A stretch of DNA of 43,781 nt, from IMG/VR virus record IMGVR_UViG_2547132077_000004, positions 1 through 43,781 of that record; one strand, given 5' to 3'. The stretch is from a virus. Lineage: Duplodnaviria; Heunggongvirae; Uroviricota; Caudoviricetes. This document shows, in pieces, positions 41,587-43,781 of this stretch. Below the pieces are notes generated by a model. It ran no database searches. It saw nothing but the letters and a program-made list of their open reading frames with translations, and was not told where the DNA came from. How positions within the stretch are numbered: the first letter of the stretch is position 1; each line of letters opens with the position of its first letter. Made by a program: the position numbers and the translations under genes.

Positions 41587-43476
41587 ATGAAATCCGAAAC
41601 GCTAACCATCCAGCAACTTTTCCAAAATCAACGACAATATCGTGTTCCATTCTATCAACGTGCCTACGTATGGACGCAACAAAACCAATGGTCAGCTTTG
41701 CTGGAGGATATCTTCGAAAAAGCACATAGCCGACTTTTGGGAACAAAACCAACTCCCCATTTCCTTGGCGCGGTGGTGCTGGAACCTCAACTCAAAAACA
41801 GCTTGTTAGGTGTAGATACCATACATATTATTGACGGCCAGCAACGTTTAACCACTCTTCAATATATTCTGGCATCCATTCGATTATCATTGCGTGCTAC
41901 AGGCCTTTCTGATTTGGAAGGGTTAGTATTGACTTGCTTGAAAAATACAAACGAAGCAACTATGCGAAATAAAAAGGTAGAATGCTTCAAACTGTGGCCA
42001 ACTTTTCGAGACCAAACTCATTTTATTCAAAGTTTTAATGTTGAAAACATTGACGATCTCCGTGATGTATTTTCTGATAGCTTCACGCAACATGGTACGT
42101 TACGTAAACATTTCAACCACCCGCCGTCACTAGAGGCATTATGGTTTTTTACTGAAGCCTTTATAAAATGGATTAAAATAGAAAAGTACTCACCACATGA
42201 AAATGCTGTAGCACTAATTGAGGCTGTCTTGACGGATCTGAAACTGGTAAGCATATTTCTCGAAGCTGAAGATGATGCCCAAATAATTTTTGAAACATTA
42301 AATGGCCGAGGGGCGGAACTTCATGCCACGGATCTTATTCGCAACTACATCTTTATGTGCGCTGAGCATGAAAATATTAATGCTATTGAATTATATGAAA
42401 ATGAATGGAAGAGCTTTGAAGATACATACTGGTCGGAAAGGCAACGCCGTGGACGTATTAATAAACCACGCATGGAGTGGCTAGTGCATGCGACATTGCA
42501 ATCAGAAAGGCAACGTGAAATTGATCTGTCTCGTCTTTACAATGAGTATCGTGATTATGTAAGTAAGGACTTGCCTTCACAACGAGCTGATCTGCAAGTA
42601 AAGCGCCTCAAACAATATGCATCACAATATAAAGAATTAGTTGGTGGTTTTGGCACAACCCCCATCTCACACTTTGGACATCGCATCGCAGCCTATGATG
42701 TGACGACACTTTATCCGCTTGCTTTGTTCATTTCGATAGCTAATATCGCCGATGATGAGAAAGCAGCCATGTATAATGATCTTGTCTCCTACGTAGTACG
42801 AAGAGCCGTATGTGGCCTGACGCCAAAGAATTACAACAATGTATTTATGAATGTATTGCGGCACTTGTCTAAAACGGAAATTTCCAGTGTTGAGTTACGT
42901 AATATCCTCAATAGCTTAAATGGCGAAGCCTCACGTTGGCCTGGTGACTCAGAATTTCTCAATGCTTGCATCAATGCTCCACTTTATCCTGGCAGGCTCG
43001 ACGCACCGAAAATGCGCTCAATGTTAACGGAACTTGAAAGAGAACTTTGTCGCCAAGTGAAGACAGAGAAGCCTGATGTTCCAAATCTTTCCAATCTCGA
43101 TATCGATCATCTTATGCCTCAAAGTTGGTATTCCTGTTGGCCTCTCGAAAATGGTCATATGGTGACAAATTCAGATGCAACGGTATTGAACCAAATTGTT
43201 CTGTCTGGAACAGATCTTACCCCTGAGCAGCTACTGGTAAGGAAACGGCAACAAGCGATAGCTACGTTGGGAAATCTAACTTTGCTTAACCTTAGCGTAA
43301 ACCGTTCTGTTCAGAATGCTGTATTTCTGAAAAAACGTGATGCTCTCATCGTCCACACCAATCTACGACTGAACATACCACTTATACTTAAGGATAAATG
43401 GGATGAGGGTGAAATCCTGAAGCGGGGTAAAAAGTTGGGGGAAATTGCATTGAAAGTATGGCCAAAACACGATTAA
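41587..43476 (+). CDS. DUF262 (ParB-like NTPase) + DUF1524 (His-Me finger nuclease) protein, GmrSD-family type IV restriction enzyme-like
   Basis: 629 aa; N-terminal YRVPFYQRAYVWT and IIDGQQRLTTLQ (DUF262 DGQQR motif); C-terminal LDIDHLMPQSW ... LGNLTLLNLSVNRSVQN (DUF1524-like). Confidence 0.75.
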   Translation: MKSETLTIQQLFQNQRQYRVPFYQRAYVWTQQNQWSALLEDIFEKAHSRLLGTKPTPHFLGAVVLEPQLKNSLLGVDTIHIIDGQQRLTTLQYILASIRLSLRATGLSDLEGLVLTCLKNTNEATMRNKKVECFKLWPTFRDQTHFIQSFNVENIDDLRDVFSDSFTQHGTLRKHFNHPPSLEALWFFTEAFIKWIKIEKYSPHENAVALIEAVLTDLKLVSIFLEAEDDAQIIFETLNGRGAELHATDLIRNYIFMCAEHENINAIELYENEWKSFEDTYWSERQRRGRINKPRMEWLVHATLQSERQREIDLSRLYNEYRDYVSKDLPSQRADLQVKRLKQYASQYKELVGGFGTTPISHFGHRIAAYDVTTLYPLALFISIANIADDEKAAMYNDLVSYVVRRAVCGLTPKNYNNVFMNVLRHLSKTEISSVELRNILNSLNGEASRWPGDSEFLNACINAPLYPGRLDAPKMRSMLTELERELCRQVKTEKPDVPNLSNLDIDHLMPQSWYSCWPLENGHMVTNSDATVLNQIVLSGTDLTPEQLLVRKRQQAIATLGNLTLLNLSVNRSVQNAVFLKKRDALIVHTNLRLNIPLILKDKWDEGEILKRGKKLGEIALKVWPKHD

Positions 43477-43509
43477 TGCAATTAATAAAATGATTATAGC
43501 GGCCTTACA

Positions 43510-43737
43510 TTAGTAAGGCCACAACTCACTATTAAATCCTTTAATTTGCATCAAGAACAGCAGTGTCAGCCCTAGGCTCTCGGACTTTGTACCGCTTATC
43601 TTGTCTTCAAAAATCAGCTCGCATCCTGCACAGTTCAACGCATTACGTTGTAGATCGATTTTCTGGTCATTTGTTGATACGAAAACATAGCCAATAAGCA
43701 TGGTAGCTCCCTCTGACAAAAGCAGGAATGATGCCAT
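43510..43737 (-). pseudogene. Truncated serine recombinase (resolvase/invertase family), N-terminal fragment
   Basis: MLIGYVFVSTNDQKIDLQRNALNCAGCELIFEDKISG matches the small serine recombinase catalytic N-terminus (nucleophile Ser in VSTNDQ), but the frame ends after 75 aa. Confidence 0.55.
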
Positions 43738-43781
43738 TTTCTCGTTATTTCTGCATTTTCATAAACGTTGGTTTGGGAGAA

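Overview
This window is most of a lambda-like (lambdoid) prophage of an Escherichia-type host, lying reversed relative to the conventional lambda map, plus about 4 kb of AT-rich flanking island to the right of its attachment site. All calls are from reading the ORF translations and the DNA by eye; no searches were run. Right to left, the prophage runs: att core (a 3' tRNA-Thr fragment, 39534-39579), int, xis, a variable accessory block, exo-bet-gam, cI/cro immunity, O/P replication with ori iterons, ren, emrE, a large serine recombinase, a nin-like block (NinB-like, NinE, YbcO-like, RusA), antiterminator Q, three moron genes (lipocalin, DUF523/DUF1722, AraC-type regulator), a phage-21-type lysis cassette (pinholin, SAR endolysin, Rz/Rz1), a DLP12-like small-gene block, cos, and an essentially lambda-identical head and tail module (Nu1 through the start of J). 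The structural, recombination and replication genes are close to lambda itself, while the lysis, Q and nin modules resemble DLP12 and phage 21, so the phage is a mosaic. The best candidates for an undescribed system are the accessory loci: (1) a translationally coupled membrane-protein + SAM-methyltransferase operon next to a PAPS-reductase-like gene in the exo-xis hotspot; (2) a GmrSD-like DUF262/DUF1524 protein paired divergently with an AT-rich unknown 311-aa protein just outside att; (3) a T5orf172/GIY-YIG-like gene where lambda carries bor; (4) unknown small ORFs and a 460-bp ORF-free stretch beside the serine recombinase.
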